Shown here piece after piece: positions 1 to 9,679 of a stretch of 27,000 nucleotides of DNA; the first letter of the stretch is position 1, and every line of letters begins with the position of its first letter. The notes below the pieces were generated by a model. It was not told the origin of the DNA and did not search any database. It saw only the letters and a program-made list of their open reading frames with translations. The position numbers and the translations under genes are program-made. Location of the stretch: IMG/VR virus record IMGVR_UViG_640753024_000008; one strand, 5' to 3'. This DNA is from a virus. Its lineage: Duplodnaviria; Heunggongvirae; Uroviricota; Caudoviricetes.

Positions 1-1284
1 TTACAGACTTCTGGAAGGTTGCACAGCTCTTACAACACGCGGTTGATCTTCCGCAGCGTCTTCCAGCGCACTTAAATCACGGTCTTTCACTTCTGGCATT
101 TTCAGCGCAGAGATTAAACCAATCACTGAATATGCCATGATCATAATGGCGATCGGATACCAGGATTCCGTCATGGTGCAGAAAATACCCGCCAGGATAG
201 GACCAAAACCGGAAGCGATAAGACCACCAATTTCTTTAGAAATGGCCATCCGGGTAAAGCGGTTTTTACAGCCGAACATTTCTGCCATGGTAATGTTTTC
301 CAGAGCAAATAATCCCAGCACCGCACAGTTATGAATCACAATCAGTGCAACCATAATGGTGCTCGGGGCATAGCTTTTATCTACAATGATAGAAAGCATT
401 GGCCATGCCAGCACAATCGCGGAGGTATTCATAATAATATACGGGATCCGGCGACCAATTTTATCGGATAACCAACCAAGGAACGGAATGGTCATAAAGC
501 CGAGAATCGAACTAATCATCAATGCATCTGTTGGAATTGCTTTGTTAAACAATAACGTCTGCACTAAATAGCCTGCAAGGAAAGTCTGAATTAACCCGGA
601 GTTACCCGCCTGACCAAAACGCAGCCCTGTTGCCAGCCAGAAGGATTTGCTCTGGAACATGCTACCAGCAGGTGCAGGTTTTGCTGTGGGTTGGTTGCTG
701 TCATTAACCTTCTCAAAGACCGGGCTTTCTTTCAGATTCATACGTAACCAGATAGCAAAGACCATCACGACAACGCTCGCCAGGAACGGTATACGCCATC
801 CCCACGCCAGCAGTTCCTCTTTACTGAGAATGAAGAACATAAAGGCCCAGATTGCCGTTGCGCTCAAGGTTCCGCAGTTAGTTCCCATAGCTACAAATGA
901 GGAGATAATTCCGCGCTTACCTTTTGGTGCATATTCCGCCAGCATCGTACCGGCACCGGAAATTTCCGCACCTGCACCCAACCCCTGAATAATACGCAGC
1001 GTCACCAGCAAGATGGGGGCAAAAACACCAATCTGTGCATAGGTCGGTAACACACCAATTAAGGTGGTACAGATCCCCATCATGGTGATGGTAATAAAGA
1101 GCACTTTTTTACGCCCTATTCTGTCGCCCATTTTGCCGAAAATAAATGCTCCGACAATACGCGCCACATAACCTGCACCGTAGGTTCCCATTGCCAAAAT
1201 TAACGCCATTGCCGTTGATGATTCAGGAAAAAATATTTCATGAAACACTAACGCTGCGCCGAGCGAATATAACTGGAAATCCAT
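1..1284 (-). CDS. ydfJ: MFS (metabolite:H+ symporter type) transporter, apparently 5'-truncated at the prophage junction
   Basis: 427-aa ORF with two MFS signature loops (GDRIGRKK and LSDKIGRR) and many hydrophobic segments. The ORF begins directly at an M-DF-QLY motif that normally lies about 20 residues inside such transporters, and an in-frame stop lies 2 codons upstream. Symbol by synteny with K-12 Qin (recalled). Confidence 0.75.
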   Translation of the reverse strand: MDFQLYSLGAALVFHEIFFPESSTAMALILAMGTYGAGYVARIVGAFIFGKMGDRIGRKKVLFITITMMGICTTLIGVLPTYAQIGVFAPILLVTLRIIQGLGAGAEISGAGTMLAEYAPKGKRGIISSFVAMGTNCGTLSATAIWAFMFFILSKEELLAWGWRIPFLASVVVMVFAIWLRMNLKESPVFEKVNDSNQPTAKPAPAGSMFQSKSFWLATGLRFGQAGNSGLIQTFLAGYLVQTLLFNKAIPTDALMISSILGFMTIPFLGWLSDKIGRRIPYIIMNTSAIVLAWPMLSIIVDKSYAPSTIMVALIVIHNCAVLGLFALENITMAEMFGCKNRFTRMAISKEIGGLIASGFGPILAGIFCTMTESWYPIAIMIMAYSVIGLISALKMPEVKDRDLSALEDAAEDQPRVVRAVQPSRSL

Positions 1285-1888
1285 AATTCACAGGTGTTTT
1301 TTCCCATCCTGTGGTTTCCTTGGCGTTTTCTAGGTTTTTTCAGATAGTTGCATTTTTTAAAAAGCATCCTAAGTTCGATCTCAGTGTCTATCTGGGGCCT
1401 ATTTCTGTCCCATATATGCCCCAAAAAAAACTCCCCAACAGATAAGTAGTTTTTTCATGGATTTATGCGTAAAATCAAGAACGGCTGGAAATCATTCAAT
1501 ACTCACACTATCGAAAAATTTACCAGCCAACCGCAGCACGTTCTTGCATAAGGCGTGTCTGCGGTTTTTCAACTATTCAGATACATCACTCCCATCACAT
1601 TCATTCCTCCGCATCAAAGGCATATAGGCTATATCACCTTGATATTTTTATTTTTCAGATAAAAACTGTTATCTATGTATACTTTTAAACCCAATCCGTG
1701 TAGAGTCTCTGCATAAGATAGTTTGCAGTTGCCGCTTCAGCTTGCGCCATAAACCGCCTGATTTTTGCTGCCACCTGTTAGCATTCCTGTATACCTGAAA
1801 CGACAATGTTTATCTACGAACTTTAAGAACACCCAAGATAAAAATTGTCAACTATATCATATATAACACATTACTAATTCGAGGCCAT

Positions 1889-2002
1889 ATGAACAGCATA
1901 CTGATAATCACATCTCTCCTTATCATATTCAGCATTTTTAGTCATGCCCTAATAAAATTAGGGATTGGCATATCCAATAACCCAGACAAAACCGATGTAT
2001 AA
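1889..2002 (+). CDS. hypothetical small hydrophobic peptide (37 aa)
   Basis: ATG with GAGG about 4 nt upstream; translation [37 protein letters not shown], one predicted membrane helix. Below the ORF-track size cutoff and not verified. Confidence 0.3.
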
Positions 2003-2070
2003 GTCAACATATCCTGAATTAGACATACAATATCGCAATGAAAATCAATAATATTTTAAGGAATATCTTC

Positions 2071-2304
2071 ATGAAATCAAAAGACACCCTAAAGTGGTTC
2101 CCTGCGCAGCTTCCTGAAGTAAGAATTATCCTAGGGGATGCTGTAGTGGAAGTAGCAAAACAGGGAAGACCTATCAATACCAGAACATTGCTTGATTACA
2201 TTGAAGGAAACATAAAGAAAAAATCATGGCTGGATAACAAAGAATTATTACAAACAGCGATATCAGTTCTTAAAGACAACCAAAATTTAAATGGTAAAAT
2301 GTAA
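2071..2304 (+). CDS. ydfK: YdfK/YnaE-family prophage protein (77 aa)
   Basis: ORF track 2038..2304; the internal ATG at 2071 has an AAGGAA ribosome-binding site 8 nt upstream and gives the 77-aa MKSKDTLKWFPAQLPEV... product. Position next to pin matches Qin and Rac. Confidence 0.75.
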   Translation: MKSKDTLKWFPAQLPEVRIILGDAVVEVAKQGRPINTRTLLDYIEGNIKKKSWLDNKELLQTAISVLKDNQNLNGKM

Positions 2305-2620
2305 TATAATAAACTTACTTTTTTATCATTTTTCCACTTTAACAACATTTTGCTCCACTTTTCCACGACCAAACAACTTGAAATCTGGTTAAAATAACAC
2401 GCAACACTATTCTTCTTCCTTGAGTCCGCCCGGAACTCGAAAAACAAACCGAGTTAAAGCCATTTTTCACAAAATCGATTTTGGGTCTCACCAAAATTAC
2501 GGGGTTGCATACGCATTCGTTTATTTTCGAACGTGTACATACAAATATGCACAAAAATAATCAAAATTATTTTCTGAGATGCATTATGATATGAACACCA
2601 ATTTCGTATAGAGTCTCACT

Positions 2621-3211
2621 ATGTCTCGAATTTTTGCTTACTGTCGGATATCAACGCTGGATCAGACCACCGAAAATCAACGCCGGGAAATCGAAAGTGC
2701 AGGTTTTAAAATCAAACCTCAGCAAATAATCGAAGAACACATTAGCGGCTCAGCAGCAACCAGTGAGCGTCCTAGTTTTAACCGGTTGCTTGCTCGCCTG
2801 AAATGTGGTGATCAATTGATTGTGACAAAACTGGATCGCCTTGGTTGTAATGCAATGGATATCAGGAAAACAGTGGAACAACTGACCGAAACAGGTATCA
2901 GAGTGCATTGCTTAGCATTGGGGGGCATTGACCTGACCAGTCCAACAGGAAAAATGATGATGCAAGTAATTTCAGCAGTCGCTGAATTTGAACGAGACCT
3001 TTTACTTGAACGCACTCATTCCGGGATAGTAAGAGCCCGGGGCGCAGGGAAACGTTTTGGTCGACCACCTGTGTTAAATGAAGAACAGAAACAGGTGGTA
3101 TTCGAACGAATTAAGTCAGGTGTAAGTATAAGTGCCATTGCCCGGGAATTCAAAACCTCGCGGCAAACCATTTTAAGAGCCAAAGCAAAACTTCAGACAC
3201 CTGACATATAA
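2621..3211 (+). CDS. pinQ: serine recombinase / DNA invertase (Pin family)
   Basis: 196 aa with an N-terminal resolvase/invertase catalytic region (YCRISTLDQ...) and a C-terminal helix-turn-helix; adjacent to tail-fibre genes as in Gin/Pin/Cin inversion systems. Confidence 0.9.
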   Translation: MSRIFAYCRISTLDQTTENQRREIESAGFKIKPQQIIEEHISGSAATSERPSFNRLLARLKCGDQLIVTKLDRLGCNAMDIRKTVEQLTETGIRVHCLALGGIDLTSPTGKMMMQVISAVAEFERDLLLERTHSGIVRARGAGKRFGRPPVLNEEQKQVVFERIKSGVSISAIAREFKTSRQTILRAKAKLQTPDI

Positions 3212-3308
3212 AAAATAATCTCGGTGTGAGATGCTTTACGTCTTCCAAGCCACCTTCCTTGCCGTAAATGGAAAGATACATCTAATTATAGAATTTATAT
3301 GTTTTACC

Positions 3309-3884
3309 CTACGGCAGTGCTGGCCATTCAATATCCTGTGCAGTTGACGTATCAACACGGTTCAGCAATACCCGATACTTTTTCCATGCTTCCAGCAACG
3401 AGATTTCTTCCTCCGTTGCAATTTCCAGATCTGCAGCATCCTGAAGCGGCGCAATATGCTCACTGGCTACCTGCATCAGGCTGTTTTTTGTTTCTTCCGC
3501 CTCCCGGATCCGGAACAGTTTTTCTGCTTCCGTATCCTTCACCCAGGCTGTGCCGTTCCACTTCTGATATTCCCCTCCCGGCGATAACCAGGTAACATTT
3601 TCCGGTAACGGACCGAGTTCAGAAATAAATAACGCGTCGCCGGAAGCCACGTCATAAACCGTTTTACCCCGATGATCTTCAACGAGATGCCACGATGCCT
3701 CATCACTGTTGAAAACAGCCACGAAGCCTGCCGGAATATCTGGCGGTGCAATATCGATACTGTTTGCTGGCAGACCTGTATGAGGCGGAATATATGCGTC
3801 ACCTTCACCAATAAATTCATTAGTTCCGGCCAGCAGATTATAAATTTTTATGGTCCGTGGTTGTTCACTCATTCTGAATGCCAT
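3309..3884 (-). CDS. tfaQ: tail fibre assembly protein
   Basis: 191-aa ORF immediately downstream of, and translationally coupled (TAATG) to, the side-tail-fibre C-terminal ORF; typical Tfa size and position. Confidence 0.8.
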   Translation of the reverse strand: MAFRMSEQPRTIKIYNLLAGTNEFIGEGDAYIPPHTGLPANSIDIAPPDIPAGFVAVFNSDEASWHLVEDHRGKTVYDVASGDALFISELGPLPENVTWLSPGGEYQKWNGTAWVKDTEAEKLFRIREAEETKNSLMQVASEHIAPLQDAADLEIATEEEISLLEAWKKYRVLLNRVDTSTAQDIEWPALP

Positions 3885-4600
3885 TATGCAAGCCTCACAA
3901 TATAGTTAAATGCGATGTTTTTGACGGTGTTTTCCGCGTTACCAGCAGCGTTAACGGTGATGGTATGTCCATGTGAACCAATCGCAACGGAGTGCGTATG
4001 AGCACCAATACCGACAGTATGTGCGTGTGCACCTGCGCTTGCAGCAGTACCCGATACAGAGTGCGTATGAGCGCCTGCAGAAGAAGTGTTAACACTGTAT
4101 TTAGAATAATCCGACGACGACATAATGTTGACCGAGGGCCAACCAATTTTAAGGAACGAGCCATCCCTGAACGTCTTATCATGGACATTATTGTCGTTAC
4201 GACGTGGACTCATTCTTTTCTTTACCGCCGCACTGCTTCTAAACGTTCTGTCGAGGCGCTTTTTAGAATGCTCGCGGGCCTTATCTTCGGTCATCTGCAC
4301 AACGAGCATGTCCGAAGGATCGCAAACGATGGTATAGACAATCCATCCATCGATCAGACCAATGGTCTTCCCTGTTCGCGCAGGACCAACAAAAATCACC
4401 GCATCGTATTCACGCGATGCCAGGCAGTTCATGGGCTCAATGATGTAGGGTGTCAGTTCAGGATCCCATGGCACCGAGTTACCAGCCCCCTTGGGAACAC
4501 GCATGAATTTTTTAACAGCCTCCGAAATCGGCATGCGACGTGGTGGGGAAAATCCTGCCGATATGTCCCTTCCCAAATTTCGGGCTGATGAAAAACCCAT
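3884..4600 (-). pseudogene. chimeric ORF: terminase large subunit N-terminal fragment fused in frame to a side-tail-fibre C-terminus
   Basis: N-terminal 150 or so residues resemble the GpA-type terminase N-terminus ([15 protein letters not shown]..., P-loop-like GPARTGKT). The C-terminal 70 or so residues are a repetitive Gly/His/Thr-rich tail-fibre tip (SAGAHTHSV...GSHGHTITV). The head and tail genes that should lie between are absent. Confidence 0.6.
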
Positions 4601-4608
4601 TATTCCTC

Positions 4609-4864
4609 CTAGAGACTCTCTCCTTCCTCATCAGGAATTAATTCAGCAGCACAAGCCTCGTAGGATTTTTCCTGAAGAGTGTATCGCAGGTCATCAATTG
4701 CCTGCTGTACAACGCCGACGGCCTGAGGAGTCAGGGCGCAATCGCGTTCAAGAACATCCGGAATTGTCTCCAGAACCTGGACGACAGCCTTTCTCATGGA
4801 CGAATAGACGATGACTACTTCATCAACGGGGATGAGTTTTCGCTGCTCCTTTTCCAGCTTGATC
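4609..4864 (-). pseudogene. terminase small subunit-like remnant, 5' end removed by the IS66 insertion
   Basis: The reading frame of ORF 4609..4797 stays open upstream right up to the IS66 terminal repeat at about 4865. Sits directly upstream of the terminase large-subunit fragment. Family assignment is by position only. Confidence 0.35.
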
Positions 4865-4894
4865 GTAAGCGACTCGTCAGAACCGTATTGATAT

Positions 4895-6466
4895 TTACTG
4901 AGAGCTCAGATCAACTTTCCAGGGCAACAGATCGCGTACCCGGTTTGCCGGCCAGTCCTGGATATGTTCAATGACGTAACGCAGCCACTTTTCTGACTCC
5001 ACATTGTTCAGACGGCATGTGCCGATCAGCGAGTACAACACCGCCGCATGTTCACCACCGCTGTCGGAACCCGCGAACATCCAGTTTTTCCGGCCTACGG
5101 CCACTCCCCGTAAGGCGTTCTCTGCGATGTTGTTGTCGATTTCCACCCAGCCATTACTGCAGTACACGTTCAGTGCATCCCACTGTTTCAGCAGGTATGC
5201 GAACGCTTTTGCCGTATCTGAGTGACGCGACAGTGTTTTCATCTGTTGCTGTATCCAGTCATACAGTGACTGCATCAGTGGCGCGGCTCTGGCTTTTCTT
5301 GCCGCCAGACGCTGTTCTGCTGAACAGCCCCGGACCTCTGCCTCGATGGCATACAGTTCACCGATACGCTGCAGGGCTTCCGTGGTGATGTAGGTGGGCG
5401 CTCTTGCATGCACATCGTGGATTTTTCTCCGGACATGAGCCATACACGCGGCTTCCGTTATTCTGCCGGATTCGTATAACGCCCGGTAACCACCGTAAGC
5501 ATCGGCCTGAAGCACACCGCTGTAACCGGCCAGGTGATTTTGTGGATGGATACCTTTCCGGTCCGGACTGTACGCGAACCAGACCGCCGGGGGCATCTGT
5601 GAACCGGCGTTACGGTCATCACGGACGTAGACCCACAGCCGGGCTGTCCGGGTTTTACCGCTGCCCGGCTCCTGGACCGGGACGGGGATATCATCAGCAT
5701 GGACTTTACCGGGCATCAGCACATACTGGCGCAGGACGTCATACAGCGGCTCCAGCAGTTCAGCAACAGCACCTGTCCAGCGCCCCAGTGTGGCACGGCT
5801 CAGCTCCACTCCCTGACGACGGTATATTTCTGACTGGCGGTATAACGGCAGATGGTCTGCATATTTCCCGGTGACAACATGGGCCAGAAGCCCCGCTCCG
5901 GCATAACTGCGTGCAATGGGTTTTGAAGGTACTGGTGCCTGCACGATATGGTCGCACCGGCAACAGGCCTGTTTCGGACGTTGTGTTTCGATAACCTTAA
6001 AGGCGCTGCTGATAAGCTCCAGTTGCTCTGACACATCACATCCCAGAGAACTGAGTTCACCACCACAGGCAGGACAGCATTCCTCTTCCGGCCGGATAAC
6101 CCGGGTTTCACGGGGAAGTGAGGCCGGTAACGGTTTACGGGCTGAAGACTGGCGCAGGGCGGATGGCAGTACCGGGTCATATTGCTCACCCAGCGTTTCC
6201 GCCATTTCTTCCTGAAGTGCGCTGATTCGCTCCTGTGCTTCCTGTATCTGCCGTTCGGTTTTTGCACGAAGTTTTTCTGAGCTTTTACCGAACTGCATAC
6301 GTTGCAGTTTCGCAACCAGCGCCTTCAGCCGGTTGATTTCGGAAGCATAAGCCGCCACCCGCTGTGAGAGCAGGCGGTTGTATTCAGCCATCTGGCGTAT
6401 GGTGTCCTGTTGCGTCTGCAACAGTGCCCGCAGGCGGGCGTTCTCATGAGCAAGTGAGGTGTCCAT
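4895..6466 (-). CDS. IS66-family transposase TnpC
   Basis: 523 aa with an N-terminal coiled-coil/leucine-zipper region, a Cys-rich zinc-ribbon (CPACG...CRCDH) and the conserved IS66 TnpC core. Confidence 0.9.
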   Translation of the reverse strand: MDTSLAHENARLRALLQTQQDTIRQMAEYNRLLSQRVAAYASEINRLKALVAKLQRMQFGKSSEKLRAKTERQIQEAQERISALQEEMAETLGEQYDPVLPSALRQSSARKPLPASLPRETRVIRPEEECCPACGGELSSLGCDVSEQLELISSAFKVIETQRPKQACCRCDHIVQAPVPSKPIARSYAGAGLLAHVVTGKYADHLPLYRQSEIYRRQGVELSRATLGRWTGAVAELLEPLYDVLRQYVLMPGKVHADDIPVPVQEPGSGKTRTARLWVYVRDDRNAGSQMPPAVWFAYSPDRKGIHPQNHLAGYSGVLQADAYGGYRALYESGRITEAACMAHVRRKIHDVHARAPTYITTEALQRIGELYAIEAEVRGCSAEQRLAARKARAAPLMQSLYDWIQQQMKTLSRHSDTAKAFAYLLKQWDALNVYCSNGWVEIDNNIAENALRGVAVGRKNWMFAGSDSGGEHAAVLYSLIGTCRLNNVESEKWLRYVIEHIQDWPANRVRDLLPWKVDLSSQ

Positions 6467-6485
6467 ATCCTCACTTTACAACGGG

Positions 6486-6833
6486 TTATATGCGGATTCC
6501 AGCGCGTTCCGTTCGTTTCGGGTGCTTCCAGTTGATACCTTCAAGAAGCATGGATAACTGAGCCGGAGTAAGGTGCACCTTGCCGTCACGGGTGACTGGC
6601 CAGACGAAGCGGCCCCGCTCCAGGCGTTTGGTGAAGAGGCACAGTCCGTCACTGTCAGCCCACAACACTTTTATCTGGTCACCCCGGCGTCCGCGGAAGA
6701 TGAACAGGTGTCCGGAGAACGGGTCATCCTTCAGGACGTTCTGAACTTTTGATGCCAGGCCGTTAAAGCCATTTCGCATATCGGTGATACCTGCAACCAG
6801 CCAGATACGCGAACCTGCAGGGAGAGATATCAT
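6486..6833 (-). CDS. IS66 accessory protein TnpB (orfB)
   Basis: 115 aa, [20 protein letters not shown]... motif typical of IS66 orfB; overlaps orfA by 1 nt. Confidence 0.9.
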   Translation of the reverse strand: MISLPAGSRIWLVAGITDMRNGFNGLASKVQNVLKDDPFSGHLFIFRGRRGDQIKVLWADSDGLCLFTKRLERGRFVWPVTRDGKVHLTPAQLSMLLEGINWKHPKRTERAGIRI

Positions 6834-7297
6834 CAGTGGCTGCTCCCTTTTATTTCGCGGATAAGTGTCTGTAATAACGCCGGCGTCAGTTTACCTTTAA
6901 GCCTGAGAGTTCCGGCCGGCAGAACCAGCTCACAACACAGACTGTCGGACGGTGTATTTATCTGCTCTGGTTCCTGTGCGGGGGCCGGGATTTTATTATC
7001 CGGCTCCGGCGTTAACGTCACGGGAAGCAGTGCCGGCATATTTTTTCCGGAAGGCAGCAGGCCACCTTTCCGGTATTGATGGCGCCAGTTGAAGAGCAGG
7101 TTATCGTTGATTCCGTTTTCCCGGGCGATCTGCGCCACACAGGCTCCGGGCTGCAGTGACTGCTCCACTAAGGCGATTTTAAACTCATAAGGGAAGTTGG
7201 GCCGCCGGGGACGTTTTTTTACCACGGGGGCTTCGGATATAACGGTGCTTTCAGGACGTACGACTGGTATCGTGGAAAATTGGTAAGCGTGCAGCAA
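6833..7297 (-). CDS. IS66 orfA (true start unresolved)
   Basis: Homologous to copy-2 orfA (PEFK...GINDNLLFNWR). The called start is a TTG that lies inside the terminal repeat of the neighbouring element, so the real start is further downstream. Confidence 0.6.
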   Translation of the reverse strand: MLHAYQFSTIPVVRPESTVISEAPVVKKRPRRPNFPYEFKIALVEQSLQPGACVAQIARENGINDNLLFNWRHQYRKGGLLPSGKNMPALLPVTLTPEPDNKIPAPAQEPEQINTPSDSLCCELVLPAGTLRLKGKLTPALLQTLIREIKGSSH

Positions 7298-7319
7298 GAA
7301 CCGTATTGACGGGGATGTG

Positions 7320-8858
7320 TTATTCAGTCGGCAGTGCTACGCGCCAGGGGAGCAGTTCGCCGACCCGGTTTATCGGCCAGTCGGCTATGACGTCAAGGAC
7401 ATAGCGGAGGTAGCTTTCTGGCTCCACTCCGTTCAGTTTGCACGTCCCGATCAGGCTGTACAGCAGCGCTCCCCGCTCTCCTCCATGATCCGAACCGAAG
7501 AACAGGTAGTTTTTGCGGCCCAGACTGACCATCCGCAACGCATTTTCAGCGATGTTATTGTCCGCCTCAGCCCAGCCATCATCTGCATAGTACGTCAGCG
7601 CCGGCCACTGGTTCAGGGCGTATGCGAACGCTTTCGCCAGTTCTGAGTGTCGCGACAGGGTTTTCATCTTTTCACGCAACCAGCTTTCCAGGGATTTCAA
7701 CAGCGGTTTCGTTTTTCGCTGACGTTCAGCAAGCCGCTGCTCTGCCGGCATTCCCCTTATATCCGCCTCTATGGCGTACAACTGACCGATCTGCTCCAGG
7801 GCTTCTTCCGTCAGTGCTGACGGGATGCGGACGTGCACATCGTGGATCTTTCGGCGGGCATGAGCCCAGCAGGCAGCTTCCGTTATCCCACCATTGCGAT
7901 ACAGCTCGTTGAACCCGGCGTACGCATCCGCTTGCAGCACACCGCTGAAGCAGGCAAGATGAGTCTGCGGATGGATGCCTTTTCTGTCCGGGCTGTAAGC
8001 GAACCACACTGCAGGTGCCAACGCTGACCCGGCATTGCGGTCATCACGAACATACGCCCACAACCGCCCGGTCTTCGTCTTCTTATTACCCGGCAGCAGT
8101 ACCTGGACCGGGGTATCATCGGCATGGAGTTTGCCGTCAGTCATGACATAGCCATGAAGCGCCTCTTCCAGCGGAGACAGCAGCCGGCAGCATGCATCCA
8201 CCCAGCCCGACAGCAGTGAACGGCTCAGCTCCACACCTTGCCGGCCGTATATTTCTGACTGGCGATACAGCGGGGTGTGCTCTGCATACTTCGAGGTCAG
8301 CACGCGGGCCAGCAGCCCCGGTCCGGCGATACCCCGCTCGATGGGCCGCGAAGGTGCAGGTGCCTGCACGATGGCATCGCACTGAGTACAGGCATGTTTT
8401 TCCCGTACCGTCCGGATAACCCGGAAGGCACTACGCATCAACTCCAGCTGTTCGGCGGTATCCTCGCCCAGATAGCTCAGTGAACCGCCGCAGTTCGGGC
8501 AGCACGGCGCCGCAGGCAACAGTCGCTTTTCGTCACGGGGTAGTGATTCAGGGAACGGCTTACGGGTGCGGGTCTGACGCAACGGACGCTGTACAGCCGG
8601 GTCATACACCCTACCAGTCAGCGTATCGCTCTCTTTCTGAAGCCGGTTCAGATCGGCTTCCATTTGTGCGATACGGCGGGAGACTTTTTCGGAACGACTG
8701 CCGAAGTTCATCCGGCGGAGTTTATCCAGCTGCGCCTGCAGATGGTCTATTTCGCGCTCCCAGTTGCTCAGCTTTTCCTGCAGGGCGTGGATCAGCGCTT
8801 CCTGTTCGGCCAGGCGCTGTTTCAGCAGGAAGATGTCGTCAGAAGAGATGTCGTTCAT
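7320..8858 (-). CDS. IS66-family transposase TnpC
   Basis: 512 aa, same architecture as copy 1 but clearly divergent in sequence. Confidence 0.9.
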   Translation of the reverse strand: MNDISSDDIFLLKQRLAEQEALIHALQEKLSNWEREIDHLQAQLDKLRRMNFGSRSEKVSRRIAQMEADLNRLQKESDTLTGRVYDPAVQRPLRQTRTRKPFPESLPRDEKRLLPAAPCCPNCGGSLSYLGEDTAEQLELMRSAFRVIRTVREKHACTQCDAIVQAPAPSRPIERGIAGPGLLARVLTSKYAEHTPLYRQSEIYGRQGVELSRSLLSGWVDACCRLLSPLEEALHGYVMTDGKLHADDTPVQVLLPGNKKTKTGRLWAYVRDDRNAGSALAPAVWFAYSPDRKGIHPQTHLACFSGVLQADAYAGFNELYRNGGITEAACWAHARRKIHDVHVRIPSALTEEALEQIGQLYAIEADIRGMPAEQRLAERQRKTKPLLKSLESWLREKMKTLSRHSELAKAFAYALNQWPALTYYADDGWAEADNNIAENALRMVSLGRKNYLFFGSDHGGERGALLYSLIGTCKLNGVEPESYLRYVLDVIADWPINRVGELLPWRVALPTE

Positions 8859-8907
8859 AAGCCCGTATTTTACCGGGCTTATTCTGTGACAACCAGGATA
8901 AAGAGAT

Positions 8908-9255
8908 TTACAGCATGGTCAGGGAGGTCAGCAACCGCTTGGGCTGTCGCCAGTCGATACCTTCCAGCAGCATCGCCAGCTGCGCCTGCGTAAGGAACAC
9001 TTTGCCATCACGGGCTGACGGCCAGGCGAAGCGCCCACGCTCCAGCCGTTTGGTCAGGAGGCACAGTCCGTCACCGGTGGACCACAGCAGTTTAACCTGA
9101 CTGCCGCTGCGGCCCCGGAAAATGAAAACATGGCCGGACATGGGATCGTCTTTCAGCGCCGTTTGTACTTTCGCAGCCAGGCCGTTGAAGCCATTTCTCA
9201 TATCGGTGATACCGGCAACCAGCCAAATTTTGGTCCCGGAAGGTAACGGGATCAT
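8908..9255 (-). CDS. IS66 accessory protein TnpB (orfB)
   Basis: 115 aa, [20 protein letters not shown]... Confidence 0.9.
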   Translation of the reverse strand: MIPLPSGTKIWLVAGITDMRNGFNGLAAKVQTALKDDPMSGHVFIFRGRSGSQVKLLWSTGDGLCLLTKRLERGRFAWPSARDGKVFLTQAQLAMLLEGIDWRQPKRLLTSLTML

Positions 9256-9653
9256 CGCTTCAGTTCCTGTATCAGCAGAGTCAGGAGCTTTTCGCTGACA
9301 TTGCCATTGAAGCGGAGCGTCCCGTGCCGGAACGTTACCTCACAGCTGATACTGAGGGTTTCCGGGTCCTCTGCGAGCGATTCTGGCTGTTCGGCAGCTG
9401 CATCGAGAGTCACAGGAAGTAGCTGGGGGCTCTCTGAAGAAGGTAATAGCAGCTTTCCCTCGCGCCATTGTTGTCGCCATTTGAACAACAGATTGGCGTT
9501 AATGCCATTTTCAAGAGCAAGTTTTGAGATGGATATCCCGGGTTCACAGGAGGCAGCAACGAGCTGCTGTTTAAATTCGGGAGGATAATTAGGGCAGCCT
9601 TTTCGCCTGCCGGGAGTCACATTTTTCTGCATATCTGACACTTTGGTTCCCAC
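9252..9653 (-). CDS. IS66 orfA
   Basis: 133 aa, overlaps orfB by 4 nt; helix-turn-helix-like GINANLLFKWR motif. Confidence 0.8.
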   Translation of the reverse strand: MGTKVSDMQKNVTPGRRKGCPNYPPEFKQQLVAASCEPGISISKLALENGINANLLFKWRQQWREGKLLLPSSESPQLLPVTLDAAAEQPESLAEDPETLSISCEVTFRHGTLRFNGNVSEKLLTLLIQELKR

Positions 9654-9679
9654 TACTTATTTGGTGGACACCACTTTGT

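Larger units (their letters stand above)
4865..7282 (-). mobile_element. IS66-family element, copy 1 (three-ORF organisation; only one terminal repeat found)
   Basis: Terminal sequence GTAAGCGACTCGTCAGAACCGTATTGA at about 4865, roughly 30 bp past the tnpC stop. Three genes in orfA-orfB-tnpC order. No matching inverted repeat at the upstream end, where copy 2 begins. Confidence 0.75.

Noticed and set aside
2196-2554. ORFs 2196..2447 and 2339..2554 (minus strand) in the ydfK-pinQ intergenic region
   Set aside because: Antisense to ydfK or lying in the promoter region of pinQ; Phe/Ser-rich low-complexity translations without start signals.
3212-3308. Possible Pin crossover (inversion) site between pinQ and tfaQ
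   Set aside because: I looked for the AAACC-NN-GGTTT core of Gin/Hin/Pin/Cin crossover sites and did not find it; the weak inverted repeat TTCCTTGCCGTAAATGGAAAG is not convincing.
3895-4814. ORFs 3895..4188, 3992..4588, 4125..4337 and 4491..4814 overlapping the terminase/tail-fibre remnants
   Set aside because: Out of frame or antisense to frames that carry recognisable terminase and fibre motifs; no start signals.
5004-6315. Several overlapping ORFs (5004..5225, 5017..5388, 5404..5874, 5458..5700, 5760..5963, 5800..6315, 5916..6215) inside IS66 copy 1
   Set aside because: All lie antisense or out of frame within the well-supported TnpC gene; long spurious ORFs are expected in GC-rich transposase sequence.
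7317-8993. Plus-strand and alternative-frame ORFs (7317..7646, 7622..7912, 7726..8007, 7833..8027, 7883..8125, 8137..8382, 8192..8419, 8277..8483, 8480..8860, 8664..8993) inside IS66 copy 2
   Set aside because: Overlap the conserved TnpC/TnpB frames; no independent start signals; Arg/Ala/Pro-rich translations typical of non-coding frames.
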